A stretch of 64,000 nt of DNA from Styela clava (taxonomy: Eukaryota). Positions 51,036-64,000 of this stretch are shown one piece after another; position 1 is the first letter of the stretch; the number at the start of each line of letters is the position of its first letter. The translations under genes and the position numbers were made by a program. The stretch is taken from NCBI RefSeq assembly GCF_964204865.1, contig NC_135252.1, positions 17,608,001-17,672,000 of the forward strand, in the 5' to 3' direction. The notes below the pieces were generated by a model that had not been told where the DNA came from, did no database searches, and saw nothing but the letters and a program-made list of their open reading frames with translations.

Positions 51036-52950
51036 ATGTCTCTGCAAAATTCTGTGTTAGTATTTGTTGTGTTTCTATCGAGTGCATGGAGTCAAGAAAT
51101 ATATTCAGGAAACGAAATAGATATCGAACGCGTAAGTTACAAAATCAGATTTTAGTAAAAAGCAAAAACTACATTTACAAAGTTGCCCTCTTATTTGAAC
51201 CTGAAAGAATATAAATCAAGGGTGTGCAGCATTCGATACAGGAAGGCCAGATACTGGGTGGCGTGCGTCGTTCGCTTCCCAATAGCTAGCTGTTAGGGCA
51301 TTGTAACGTCATAGACATAGATAATAAATTTGACTCAGGTATAGTCGTTACAACGCAATGGGATTGAAATTACTCGCAGGCACCAGATTAAACTAAATTA
51401 TAAACTCCTTTCGTGAGCCGCACTCCATTCAAAATTGGCGCTTTACGGGTGCCCTACAGTTTTTCTTCGTGAGCCGCATTTCGCCCGTGGGACGTAGGTT
51501 GCACGTCCCTGATCTAAATGACTATCATCGCTCATAAAATATTTCCATTTTCGTCGGCTTTTTTCGAATGTTACCTTTACCTCAAATCTATGGTCATTTT
51601 GTTGTAGACAATTTAGGGGAATAGTTTGGTATTAAATATGATACTTCTATATAGCATAAAATAGTTTGTAATGCTTTCGTAATTATACAAAATAAATATA
51701 TTTTGCTCTCAGTTACGTGGAGTTTGGTTTCTAACATTCGGTGTTGATTATTGGAACTGGAATGTTTTGTGGAAATGTCACATCGTGGCACCTTTCAACA
51801 TTACAGTGAATGAGATGAATATGTACACTTACAATATTCCTAAGTAAGTTTTACTTATTTTCAGGTCAAAAAAATATATATATATATATTGCACGAACAA
51901 AAGATCAATGCTCAAATATATGGACACGAATTCTAAAGTGAAGTAGTACGGGTATGCAATTTTTCACGTTAGACTATCGGTACTGCAGGACTTCGTCTGA
52001 CCACCAGAAAGCAACCAACGCGAACCGTGGAACCGACACAGGGTGCTCAATTTTTAATTTTGTTGACGACATCGCACACAAAACAAACGAATCCCATTGA
52101 GGACACAGAAATATTTGAAATCAATAAAAGTAATAGCCCTATAGCGACAAATGCAATCTTCAGGAACTGGTAATTACAAAGCAATTGGTCTATACTCTAT
52201 AGTAATTAAAGAGAAGGGCGATTTTTTATAACAACAAGAACAACCATCTATAGGTTCATTTCGTGTCCAAAAATAATTAACAAACGAGTAGTAACAACCG
52301 TTTTAACTGATTTCTAACAGAGATAAATCGGAGGCTCCACATACCGTAATAACAGCCAGCAAGCGGGATTCTTTGGGCCAATATTGGATGCAAACGCACA
52401 GCGGTAAGCGTGCTTTTAATTTTATTCATTATACATGTCTGTTCTGAACTTCGTAGTTGATATAATACCAACCTGATGTCATACCAATAATCCAATCAGT
52501 TGACCGAAATACGAAACTTCTTTCAGAAGGTGAAAAATAAAATAGTTGTTTCCGAAGCAAAAAATCAAACAAGTAAATGTACTCCTCCTTACTTACAGGA
52601 CAGACCTGGTTTCACTCACATCCGCACCTTTGCTCAACCGATTACTCTACATTCTACAGTCACTGGATGCCATTGAGTGATGGTGAGTATTCTCTTCCCG
52701 AGTGAAAAAGAAAATTTAATTTTACAACCTTCTCAATGTCCGAGCTGCTTATCACAGTCGACCCCATAAATATTTTTTTTTTGCAGGACGGAATCTTTTT
52801 CAAATTTTAACCCGAACGCCAACTATAAATGGTGAGGACATTACCAAATTTACGGCCCTTGCAGCTAAGCAAGGAGTCGACCCTGCCACGTTAATAACAT
52901 TTGGATGTGGCGATTTGATTCCATCTGACTATTTACTAGCTCAGATATGA
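51036..52950 (+). CDS. Lipocalin L3 (~195 aa)
   Basis: Exons 51036-51131, 51713-51843 (LRGVWF), 52321-52403, 52500-52529 (short, tentative), 52599-52682 (STDY) and 52787-52950 (LTRTP...FGCGDLIPSDYLLAQI*), with phases 0,2,1,1,1. Confidence 0.82.
51217..51511. mobile_element. hAT-type MITE in L3 intron 1
   Basis: TIR caagggtgtgca...tgcacgtccctg and TSD atataaat/atctaaat. Confidence 0.7.
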
Positions 52951-53016
52951 CTCAATCATCGATACCAATTAACTTTATAATGAGTACCGCTATTTTGAAA
53001 ACCCTCCCATGCCTCC

Positions 53017-53683
53017 CATGTTCCCTCTAATTTTTTGTAGTATGTGTGCGCAGAAATTTTGGTGTGTGCGCACTTTTTTGGAAATGACTAATATTTGTGT
53101 AAAAACCAATGAAGAAATTTTGGCGTTCTAAGCGGGTAATGGCCGAATCGAATATTCGAATCGAATCGAATAGTAAATTATTCGAATCGGTTTAGAGCAA
53201 ATTTTCGAATCGCCGCCATCTTGTTTTACTCTTTCCGCCAATGGTCGAGGTAAATTTCTCAATTTTTGTTTTCATTGAAGCCATATTTTTTTAACACAAT
53301 TCTGACTTATGACTCTTTTCTGTATTGAGGTATTGATGAAAACGTGTTTTTTTCATTGTCAGTGATGTATTCTATGTTTTCAGTAATTTTGGGGTCTGTA
53401 GGATCTAAAATAATAAGAAAGTTACCTACAATTTCATACCTTCCAAGTATTCGAGATTCGATTCGATTCGAAAAAATTATTCGATTCGATTCTGAAATCA
53501 TCAGGTATTCGAAAATGCCCAGCCCTAGTAATGGGTGGGCCAACAACAAACTTTCTCAACCTGCCAACCGAGAACATTGTTACATTACATCGGAATAGGT
53601 CTGAGCGCATTAAATCTATGCGTGTGCGCAGCCTCTGAAAGCTGTGTACGCGCGCACACGCGCACACTTTCGAGAGAACACTG
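53017..53683. mobile_element. DNA element with a nested GAATC-repeat MITE (~53130-53527)
   Basis: Outer TIR catgttccctcta...cgagagaacactg with gtgtgcgc subterminal repeats. The inner element has (cgaat)n and (attcg)n inverted arms. Confidence 0.65.
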
Positions 53684-54493
53684 CCCCCTGTAATTAATTC
53701 AAATCATGCGGTTTGTATCAAACGCAAAACAAGTAGTGATTTACGTTGCAGCGAGGAACGGAAATTATCAATCCCCAACTAAATGAGTTTGAAATTGAAT
53801 CGTTAATATTCATCGAGTAAGCTATTTGGAGGAAGTGTGACGTAGGTTCATGAAATAATCCGTTGTTATAATACTCTATATACACTTATTATATACTCAG
53901 GTAATTTTTGATGGTTCTGTCACTCATTATGGCTTTTATGCTTGCATACTCTGTATTACAGACAATAATACATTATGTTTTACGTGGTTTACTTTTTATC
54001 TTACATGTTGTCTCACGGGGCTTTGAGAGTAGAAAAATAAGAGAAAGTAGCCTACAATTATACCTAAATGAAATATTGTAAAGAAGTGATATCTTGGCGG
54101 TAGTTTCTAAAACTATACGTTACATGTAACAGCGATCGAAATCGCAGTAACCTTTTGGGCAGAGTTCGCTTTTAAATGCTCTACTAGTAGTTTTACTAGA
54201 CCCTAACTGAAGTTTAATTAAATTTGCTATGTCCTTGCTGTAACTTTCCCTGGACGTATTCGGACTTAAGAGTAAAGATATAAGGTCAAGGAGAGCGCGG
54301 GAAGATGTCGATGAATTTCGCATAGTGAGGTTGTATGTTGGCAAAGTGATTGATATTATCTTGATCGCGACGAAAACAGACGTATTGCCTATGAAGAGCG
54401 CTTAGTGTCGGGGAAAGTTTCGCGCATAGCCTCGGCTGTTGACAGATCGTGCTCACAGTGATAGAAATAACATTTTACCGACATGGACTAGAA

Positions 54494-55214
54494 CATTGGT
54501 TCTCAAACTGGGGTCCGCGGTCGCTTGGGACTCCGCGAAGCGATTTTAGGGGGACAGCGAGACAACATCAACTTCGGCACAGGAGCACTTTGATTTGAAG
54601 TAAAATTTTGATGTCATGCTTTTACAGTGTTTCTCCAAATCACAACACGCTCTATCGAAGACATTATTACGTAACAAACGTTGGTGAACGTAGCAAATAG
54701 CGTTTATGGAAGGCATTAGCATCTGATTGCAAATTTTCTCGGGGTAATTTAAAAATTCCCCAGCCACACAAAAAATAAATGTAGATATAACGATTCATAT
54801 GTGAAATTTGGTTTTGTTGTGATAAGTTCTGAAAGAAAAGAAAAACCACCAGTGACACAGTCCTATTCCGATATCGCTAAGATGGCACTAAAATGCTCAT
54901 TCTATTTGCAACAATTTACGAATGTGAGGCAGCTTTTTTCACGTTATTTACCAATAAAACAAAATGTTGACACAGAATGATGGAAGTGAGACACGATATG
55001 AGAGTTGCATTATCAAAAACAGAACCAAAAGTAGAACTAGTGGAAGCCAAGCAGTTGCACCCATCTCATTGAACTGTTTTATGTCATTTTAATAAATGAA
55101 TGCTTAATAGACCGAGTTGCTATTTACTTTCATTTTTTTAGTGGACAGCAAGTCATCAGAAAAATGGAAAGAGAATCGTTATGCATGAATTTTCAAAAAG
55201 CTTGCGAACCACTG
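54494..55214 (+). mobile_element. Deleted hAT (Buster/Charlie-like) transposon retaining a decayed transposase C-terminus
   Basis: TIR cattggttctcaa...ttgcgaaccactg and 8-bp TSD gactagaa. Positions ~54860-55072 read ILFATIYECEAAF...HDMRVALSKTEP...KQLHPSH*, typical of the hAT dimerisation tail, with frameshifts and a stop. Confidence 0.85.
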
Positions 55215-55974
55215 GACTAGAAAGAAGGCGTGGTACGCCATATGAATAAACCATATGAAAATCCTATTCTTGCCTACGTCTCAATTTCCCAATGCCACCA
55301 TTTCCAGTTTTTACCAATACTCCACGACATATTAAAATTAAATATATTTGCTGAATTGAAAATACTATGGCGCGTACTTTTGTGTGTATTAGGCCTACTA
55401 TTGCGCAATATTGCGTAGTAAACGAAAGAAATACTATACAACGAAGAAGTTCTGAATATTGTTAAGAGCATGAATTGATAAACACGAAAGAACACGTTAT
55501 AAAGAGCCAAGGGGGACAATAATTATTTTATAAATTTTTAAAATTGAGTACTTTAAAATTAGAATTGACAAAGCATACTGCAACCTCCTGATTTATTTGA
55601 ACCCGTTATGCTGAAATCTTTTAAATTACCGAAGCCCGGTAACACAAAATCGCATCACGAACTGATAAGCAATGTTTATGGTTTCGTTTCGACAATATAT
55701 TTCATGCACACGAACTCTCTTTCAATCATTCATTTTGATCGAGATATTCACGGGGTCGGGACAATGAAGTCGAGATATTCAGTATTTGTGATTATTGTGT
55801 TTTTATCATTTGCGTGGAGTCGAGAAATATATTCAGGAAATGATATTGATATGGAACGCGTAAGTATTTCAAATAGGTTATTAGTTTGTTTTTTACGGAA
55901 TGTGCGAAAAAAAATTCTGTTGTCGTGCACTTCTTATAAGGAAGTATGCACAACTTATAAGGAAGGTGTTAAAC

Positions 55975-56246
55975 CAGAGGCTTTTGGACCAGAAGACAAC
56001 AATTTTGTCCACCTAGACTGGCGGGCCGGGCCATGTAAGTTTGACGTAAAAAGTTACAATATTTACAGTGTTGCAAAAGTGGAAAACAATAAGCCAGGCT
56101 AGTGCCAAAACGAAATTTGATCGCAATCTCAACAAATACCATGGGCTATTTTCAGCTAAAACATCAAAATTGGTTTTAGTTTGGTCGTAGCAGAATCAGC
56201 AGGGCCAGATTGAATTACCCAACGGGCCGTAGTTTGTCCATGTCCG
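55975..56246. mobile_element. hAT-type MITE in L4 intron 1
   Basis: 8-bp TSD tgttaaac. Its gggccgtagtttg 3' end is shared with the element at 56529. Confidence 0.7.
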
Positions 56247-56528
56247 TGTTAAACTATGAAAAAATCAGAAATACGAATACACTTAATAAAAATACCAAAG
56301 GGTTATTGCTACGTCGCGTATGAACTTTTCAATTTTTGTTCACTCATCTCCATGATGTAAGCCAAAGTTTATCAATAAAATAAAACTAGCATTTTTAGTA
56401 AGCGGATCTAAATAAATAAGAATCTAGTTTTCATGCGGAAGTGCAGCCGTCTCATATTCTCTTTTTTCGCAAGAGCATATCATTCTGGGTACCCGTCTTG
56501 GTCGATAACAATCATGCATTCGTTAGAT

Positions 56529-57382
56529 CAGGGGTCACCAAACTTTTCTGACCGCGGGGCAGGTATGTACTCAGTACTCAAACTGTGTTGAAACGGGCCG
56601 GACAAATATATTGGTCAATGCAATACATTCAATTCCCAAAATTTGAAAAAATCCATTCAATTTATTTAACAATATCTACATCACTGAAGTCTTGAATATT
56701 AAATTCTATATCGCAGAATATAGGTCAAGAACATCATGGCAAAACAAATATACAATATGTCTGCCAACTATCCTGAGGTTAGCTGTCATAACAATTGCTG
56801 TCATGAATATCCGCATGTAAGCAGTACAAAAGTTGTACTATTTTCGCAAAATGTACGTTGACGTTTAAAATAGCAGGATAAACGTACACAACAACATTTT
56901 TGCCCAAAGCACGCGCCACGAATGTACAAGTGCATCCTTCGCAGAAACGTCTTATTTGATTTGTATTTAAATTTATGAATCACGATAAAAAACGACGCTC
57001 CGGAGGTATCCGTACCAAGATGTCGCACAACCTGAACAATCCTAACCTGGTACACATACTATGTTCAGGTTGTGCGCCATCTTGGTACGAATACTTCGGA
57101 AGCACCCCACCCCAAAAACTAACGAATAGCATTCAAAATCGCGAAAACGAGATATTATTTGAAACCACAACTGAAAATTTAGAGCGGAGGCGAAACGATA
57201 TATTGTTGAGTCACGTTTCGTATTTTGCTTATTGGCTAATGTTACGAAATGAACAAGAAAGTCGATGCTCGGGAAACATCCCTTAAAAATAAAATGAATA
57301 AATTTTTTCATGTTATTGCGGGCCAAATGAAAGGACGTCACGGACCGGATCCGACCCGCGGGCCGTAGTTTGGCGAACCCTG
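56529..57382. mobile_element. hAT-type non-autonomous element with a nested palindromic MITE (56993-57108)
   Basis: TIR caggggtcaccaaact...agtttggcgaaccctg and TSD cgttagat/cattagat. Confidence 0.8.
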
Positions 57383-58307
57383 CATTAGATGAACAAAATC
57401 CCGTCATCGTTTTTCTCATTTGTTGATTATTCAAGTCCTATGTTCTCGATGCTAACTCTATGAAAAAAGAAAATGTGAAAGCAGCACGTGGTTTCAGGGT
57501 GATAGAAAGACAAGCAAGACGATTTTCAATTCCTCGCATTTTCCATAATTTTTTATGTTATCGAAGATGAATAAAACAGTTCGCAGAAATGAGACTGGTA
57601 TCAAAAGTCGATATTAAGATTAATTTCACCTCAAGAAATATACTTGAGATTAAATATCATCCGATCATGGTGTACGTTTTGCATCTCATATATGTACATA
57701 ATAGGTGTTTTCACGTCGATTGTGAATAAATATGTTTAGGAGGGTTACCTAGAAAAACTTGGCAGTAAGAGAAGGCCACGGAGAGCAATAACAAACGCGG
57801 ATTGGAAGCGTTAAAGCTCTACGAAAACTGAAATATAAATTTCTTTACAGATACAAGGGGTTTGGTTCCTGACGTTAGGAGTAGATTACTGGTCCTGGAA
57901 TGTTCTGTGGAAATGTCATATTATTGCTCCTTTCAACGTAACAGATAATAGAATGAATCTTGGCACCTATAATTTTTTCAAGTAAGTTCAATGCCTCGTT
58001 ATGTTTTGCAAAAAACAATGTATATCTGAGAAGTAACTACTTTCTTTATTGTCTGACAGGAATAAATCGAAGGCCCCGCTTTCCGTCATTGACGACGTCA
58101 AACGCGATTCTCAGGGTCAGTTTTGGATGTAAGGGCCTAATGGTAAGAGCATTTTCAAAACCAGTCATTTACCTAATTTCAATTCCATTAGTTCCGATAT
58201 CTTTAATCCGATGTTTATACAGAAAAAATATGGGAAAACTTAGACACAAAGCTGTTTGGAAATAAGAGAAAACTTATATCGAACATGGAACATCCTTCTC
58301 AAGGTAA

Positions 58308-59288
58308 GTAGGGGAAAGTGGGGAAGGTTGGGACACATTTTTTCTTTTTCATATTTTGAGTCCTTTATTCTGCACATTCATATGACTTTGCGGGATTAAT
58401 GTAGAGAGGAGTAAATGTAGTTTTTATTCGGCGACTACGAAATTCCCTTGCGACACACATTTTACCACCAAAATGCTTTGAAAAACGTTTGTCAAGTGTT
58501 CCACTGTACCCCACTTGTGGGGCACATTCGGACAGACCCTGGGGCACAATGGGTCATTCTGTTAAAATTCAACGAAGTATGCCTTTAAAAATAAGCAATC
58601 AATCAGCATAATCGTCTAAAGAACAGGGAGACCTCAAATTTGAAGATTTAAGATTTTTAAAATCAATGTTCAACCGAAATATTTCAGATATTTCACCAAA
58701 AAATTCGCTTACAAATTAAATTATTTTCTAATCCGAATCTAAATCTGGAAATATTTTTGATTCTCGAATATATTTCATATTGGATCATGAGTCGAAAGAT
58801 ACCATAATGTTACATGAAAATATAACGCATCTCTAGGTCTCTAAGCACTTGTTGTATCAAACACTGTCGAATTGTGCCATGTAGGGCATGTCCCACTGAA
58901 CCCCGGTCAATTGTTCCGTATAATCAACAAATATGTTCAGATCATCCCACGGCGAAATTCGGAAGGCACATCCACTCGACAACGTTATAAATATTTCACA
59001 GTGGACTATAGCTAAAATATATCAGACGGTGGTTTGTCACGTTGAAAAGGCTAAGTTAGAAAAAAGAAAAAACTGGAACGGTGAAATTTTAGTTTCAACC
59101 CCCCAAAACTAATTTCACCTCATAGCTTGCGTCGCTTTACCCGTCCGCTGGCTGTTTGCGGGGACGTTGTAACTCACCGAAGGGCGGATTGAAACATCAA
59201 CCCGCGGACCGGATTCCGAATATAGTATTAGTGTGAGAGCTGATTTTTCACTGTGCCCCATGTCCCAACGTGCCCCACCTTCCCCTAC
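58308..59288. mobile_element. 981-bp TIR element with TAA TSD (PIF/Harbinger-like by TSD only)
   Basis: TIR gtaggggaaagtggggaaggttgggaca...tgtcccaacgtgccccaccttcccctac, flanked by taa on both sides. Confidence 0.8.
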
Positions 59289-60506
59289 TAAGTAGGCTAG
59301 TCTCGTCACATTGAACGATCAATACATTTAAAAAGGAAAAAGTCAACGCTTTCTTACTTGTTATTCACAGAGGAACCCTGGTTCTTCACTTCTCCGCACT
59401 TTTATGCGACCGACTACTTTACTTTCATCAGTACACTGATGATAATGGACGATGGTAAGTAATTTGTTGCCTACACCGACAATGCACTAAAGGGTTGTCT
59501 TCTCATATAGTTTATGTCAGGCATAGGTGTGTGTTCAGACAAGATTCTACTAGGGTAAGCCATTAACTTGAGTCTAAGATTAAAACCGTTGATTATAGTA
59601 GACTAATATATATGTAACTTGAATCAAAATGAATCTAAACTATGACGATAGAATGGTGATCAATCAACAAAGCTTAAGCTAAAGAATGAAAAAAATGCCG
59701 GCTATGCTAGATGTTCAGTATTGAATAACAATGGGTGAGTTTAAAACATAAGGTGTTTCGCCGAACACGGGACTTTCATTAATCAGCAAAATCGTAGCGT
59801 TGATGTAACAATTAAATTTGAGCAGACGCATACAGATTTTCAAGTATAGTTTTTTTGTACCATGGAGGAATTCAAAATAAATAAATTATCTTACCAAATG
59901 ATGGATGGATAATGACATGTAAATCAGCAGTTACCAAGCGCAAAAAACTACAAAAGCAATGAATGAAATAAATTTTTCAGGATGGAGGATATGGAGCCGG
60001 CTACCATAACGAATCGTAGTAATCTATTGCATGCTGCCCCATGCTTGGCAATATAATATTAAATATCCTTAAATTTCCTGGTCTACATCTATTTAGAAAT
60101 CGCGCTGTGACAGGTCCCAAATACACATAATAAATTCCCCCATTTCTTGTATATATTATTAATATTAAATTACAAAACTACGGTAGTTGCACTCGATAAT
60201 CTTTTTTTATAGATCGAAAGCTTTTCCAAATTTATACAAGGAATCCTACAATAAACGATGGAGATATTTCAGAGTTCACAACACTCGCAGTTGAACAAGG
60301 AGTTGATCCAACCACTTTAACGACATTCGGATGTGGCGATCTTATCCCGTCGGAATTCATGTCAGCCTTATAATGTTCTACAATCGTCGACGTCACAAGA
60401 CATTTTGTTTTCTATCCTCACATTCATGTATTTATTTGGTATATATATATATATATAGATTTATTGTTTCGTCAACCAGAAAACAAGCAATGGTACAGAA
60501 ATATAT

Positions 60507-60697
60507 GGTTCCATTACATTTGAACCCATGACAATTGCACCTGTATGCTATTGTACATATGAATTTTTTTTTGTTTTACGGATAGTTGAACCCATACTAA
60601 CCCTAACCCATGGGTTTTAGCACCCGCATATAGATTGAACCCGTGGATATATATACACATGGGTTCAAATGTACGTGGGTTCAAATGTACGGTCACC
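60507..60697. mobile_element. MITE, same family as 23253 and 28091
   Basis: Same termini and body, with an aaatatat duplication (8 bp). Confidence 0.8.
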
Positions 60698-61459
60698 AAA
60701 TATATACATAATACACATTCAAATCGTTGTAGTCTGGGGGAGCTATGCGGAGTTGTCGTGCAAAATTGGTGTACTAATGAAATTACCAGATATTCGTATA
60801 GCTGATTCGGGATTCAGTAATGAATATCACATAGTTTGCAATAATGATAGATTCATCTTGATGACGACGACAACAGTCTTATTGCTCTTGAAAAGCGCTT
60901 AGTATCAGAGAGGGTTAAGGTTTCTTATAGCCTACTTTTCGTTTTCCATTGTCGCCGTTTCCAGCATTTACCAATATTCCGCGACGTATCAAATATAAAT
61001 AAGTCAAGAATCTTGCTGCACACTAACACAAATATATTTTTGTAAAGTTTCTGACCTTAGTCACCTAGGATAGGCGTATACTTTTGTTTACTTTATACTA
61101 TTGTACAATATAGCTTATTAACTAGTGATCAGGTGCGACATACTGTATGACGATTGTTAAGAGGTATGCATGGATAGGCAATGAAGAACACGTTGTACGT
61201 GACCACGCAAGTCAAAATTTATTTTATAAACTTTTCAACAGTGTTTCAAAATTCTAAATGACAGAGCATACTGCAACAGACTCAATTCACTTTAAACCAT
61301 TAAGTCCGTTATGTTGAAATCTGAAATACCAAAGTCGACACAAAATTGTATCACGAGGTAATATGCAATGTCTATGGTTTTGTTTCTACAAGATCTTTCA
61401 TGCACACGAATTCTTTTTCAATCATTCATTTTGATCGAGATACTCACAAGGTCGGGATA

Positions 61460-64000
61460 ATGGAGTCAAGATATTCAGCGTTTGTGATTATTGTGTTTTT
61501 ATCTTTTGCATGGAGTCGAGAAATATATTCAGGAAATGAAATTGATTTGGAACGAGTAAGTATTTTGATTTGAATGAAAAATATTTCTCAAACTCATTTT
61601 GGTTTCGACATTGGTTTTGCCGAATCTGGAAGAAGCATGGATTAAAGGAATTAGACAGTGCATGCAATAAATTTACTGGCGTCATTTATATTACTTCGAA
61701 CTCAACATAAATCTTCGAATGTGTGCGTGAGCTTTAACATTTCATTCAATTATGTATGTCCATGATACAGCACAAAATTTTCCATTCAGAACAAAAGTAT
61801 GACTATATCGCAATATTAGATAGAGAAATCAATGGTATTCAAAGTTTATATTAATATTATATTTATTTATTTATAAAAAAAATATTCGTTAGGTTTAAAA
61901 ATAATATCAGTCGGACGATATCCAATTATTTTAGAATATATTTCAGAGAGCTTCCTGAAAATTTTGAAACAAGAGTGGGTCGTGGACAGAATTGATAGAC
62001 TAGGCTTTGAAATACGAATAAATATGAATTATATGTATATATGATATGTACTTTCAGTTACAAGGGGTTTGGTTCCTGACGTTTGGTGTAGATTACTGGA
62101 CATGGAATGTGTTGTGGAAATGCCATATTATTGCTCCTCTCAACGTAACAGATAATAGAATGAATGTTGGCACGTACAATTTTCTCAAGTAAGTTTTATG
62201 TCTCAGAAAATAATGAAAACGTCGAAAATCTGAGAAATAACTGTTTCAGTTCTCATCTCCTCACTCAAAATATTGGTTTGCTTTGAATGCGGATGGTGTA
62301 AACTAATCCCAAAACACAGCCCAATCATGCCCACTTCAAGTAAACAATTTTAAATTGAAATCCACCGTGTCTGCGGTGTGTTTATGTTACCAAAGTTAGA
62401 CACCCGAACGACACTCGTTCGTGTTTTTAATTTTTTTTTTCAAATATTTGTTTGCGAGTGTAATATGGTTAAACTGGCACAAGTGTTTCTACTTGTTTTA
62501 AACCTTATCAGAGGCTTTGCCAGTTTTCCCAATCTACTGTGTGTTCATTGTGTCGTTTTGCGGGTTTTTTTTTCGGGGAAATCAAAATAAACGTATACTT
62601 ATCTGACAGTGATAAATCGGAGACACCGCTTTCCGTCATGGTCGACATCACGCGCGACTCTCAGGGTCAGTTCTGGATGGAAGCGACTACAGGTGAGCTA
62701 TGAAGCTAGTCAATTAGCCTACTTGATGTTAATCCTAATAGTAACAAATTGTTTGATCCAATGTTTACGCAGAAAGAATATGGGAAAAATTAGATGGAAA
62801 GCTGTTTGAGGAGAAAAAATCAATTTTTACAAACATGGATCATCCTTCTCGAGGTGAGTGCAGTTACTCCCATCGCCAGATCACCACATGTAAACAGAAA
62901 ACGTTAACTGATGTTTGTTTACTTGGTATTTACAGAATTACCCTGGTACTACTCTCATCCAAACTTTTATGCGACCGACTACTTTACTTTCATCAGCAAC
63001 CTGATGATAATGGAGGATGGTAAGTAGTTTTACGTGACTGGTGGAATGAACAGAGCGGGCTCTGTTACGCAGGCATAGGCCTATGTCCAGACTGGCTATC
63101 CAATCGAACCCTCTGATCTTAGTATAATATATCTAGCTTGGATTAAAATCTTTCTGACCTACAACGGAAAATGTTATTCAAACAACTAAGCATAAAAGAC
63201 CATAAAAAGCTACCATCCGACGCGCGATGAGAAATCATCTCGAACAATGTGTTGCGTACTGTAACTTGTAAGGGGTGTTTGTCCTATGTCAGTAAGGACG
63301 AATATTATTGGACACGTAGTGGACATAACGATCGTTTCAATATTATGTTGTTCTTGTTGTTCTTGTTATTTGACACAGGATAACACACCTAGTGGAAATA
63401 TTAAAAAACTGCTTTTCTCTTCGAATACTGGACCAATTGCTATGAAATTTTCAGTGGTTGTAGATAAAATAAATATTGAACGTAGACAACAACAGTCTAC
63501 TAAGTGAACTAAACAAGAAATGATTGCACGTAATACTACGCGCCTAAAGAACGTGGCAGAGAAAAAGGGAGGGTGAATATTTTGAATCAAACTGAAAGGA
63601 CGGCGGAAATTCAGGAAATGTGCAAAAAACTTAAACCTCAATTGTGTTAAGGTATAGTGTACAATTTGGATCCGTATCCACGTGTGTCGCTTCACAAATG
63701 AATATACGATAAGTAATCTTTGCATGCTGTTCTAATTACCATATAATACTGAATATATAATCTTAAATCTGACAACACATTTTTTCGGTTTCGCGTGAAT
63801 TTAGAAATCGCTCTGTTACGGATCCGAAATACAGGGTGCCACAAAAAAACCTCCCAAATGTTTTCCACCCTGTATATATGGATTCCCCATCTCTTGTATA
63901 CATTGAATTACTAAACAAACGGTTGTTGCAATCGATAATAAATATTATTTTTTTTTGTTTTAAAGGTCGGAAGCTTTTCAAAATTTTTACCAGGAATCCG
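61460..64000 (+). CDS. Lipocalin L5 (3' end beyond the window)
   Basis: Exons 61460-61555, 62058-62188 (LQGVWF), 62610-62692, 62773-62853, 62936-63019 (ATDY) and 63966->64000 (GRKLFKIFTRNP) join in frame. Confidence 0.85.

Larger units (their letters stand above)
55764..60373 (+). pseudogene. Lipocalin L4 with a single in-frame stop (young pseudogene or null allele)
   Basis: Exons 55764-55859, 57851-57981, 58060-58142, 58223-58303, 59371-59454 (ATDY) and 60213-60373 all have canonical splice sites. TAA at 58130-58132 aligns with GAA in L5. Confidence 0.78.

Noticed and set aside
51036-52950. Naming the lipocalins APOD or PTGDS, or the peptide genes clavanin or styelin
   Set aside because: Only family-level motifs are visible. 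Orthology cannot be shown by eye, and the mature peptides differ from those I recall.
55608-56102. 164-aa ORF
   Set aside because: It is L4 exon 1 extended by 5' flank, intron and MITE sequence.
63263-63500. Possible repeat sharing ccaattgct(a/t)tgaaattttcagtggttg with ~47668
   Set aside because: The shared core is short and the boundaries could not be defined, so it is not called as a feature.

Overview
AT-rich, intron-containing animal genomic DNA, probably a stolidobranch ascidian such as Styela. That assignment is an inference from a clavanin-like pro-sequence recalled from memory. The ORF track misses the real genes because they are spliced. Positions 1-46.8 kb hold about 2.6 tandem copies of a 17.7-20 kb unit. 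Each unit is a quasi-palindrome: peptide-precursor gene A(+), lipocalin L1(-), lipocalin pseudogene L2(+), peptide-precursor gene B(-). The precursor genes encode a signal peptide, a KSLES pro-piece, 2-8 tandem phase-1/phase-1 exons of 102-105 nt and a last exon coding only Gly+stop. Each tandem exon carries an acidic spacer and a Trp-Trp-x-Pro amphipathic 16-17-mer ending KR/ER-Gly, for 27 peptide exons in total. I read this as a modular, copy-number-variable, probably amidated host-defence polyprotein family co-amplified with a divergent lipocalin family. Positions 51-64 kb hold three more lipocalin paralogues: one intact, one with an in-frame stop and one cut by the window end. Many hAT, PIF-like and 9-bp-TSD MITEs, tRNA-derived SINEs and a poly(A)-ended retroelement fragment are also present. 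All gene models were built by eye from splice signals and paralogue comparison, and no functional data are available.
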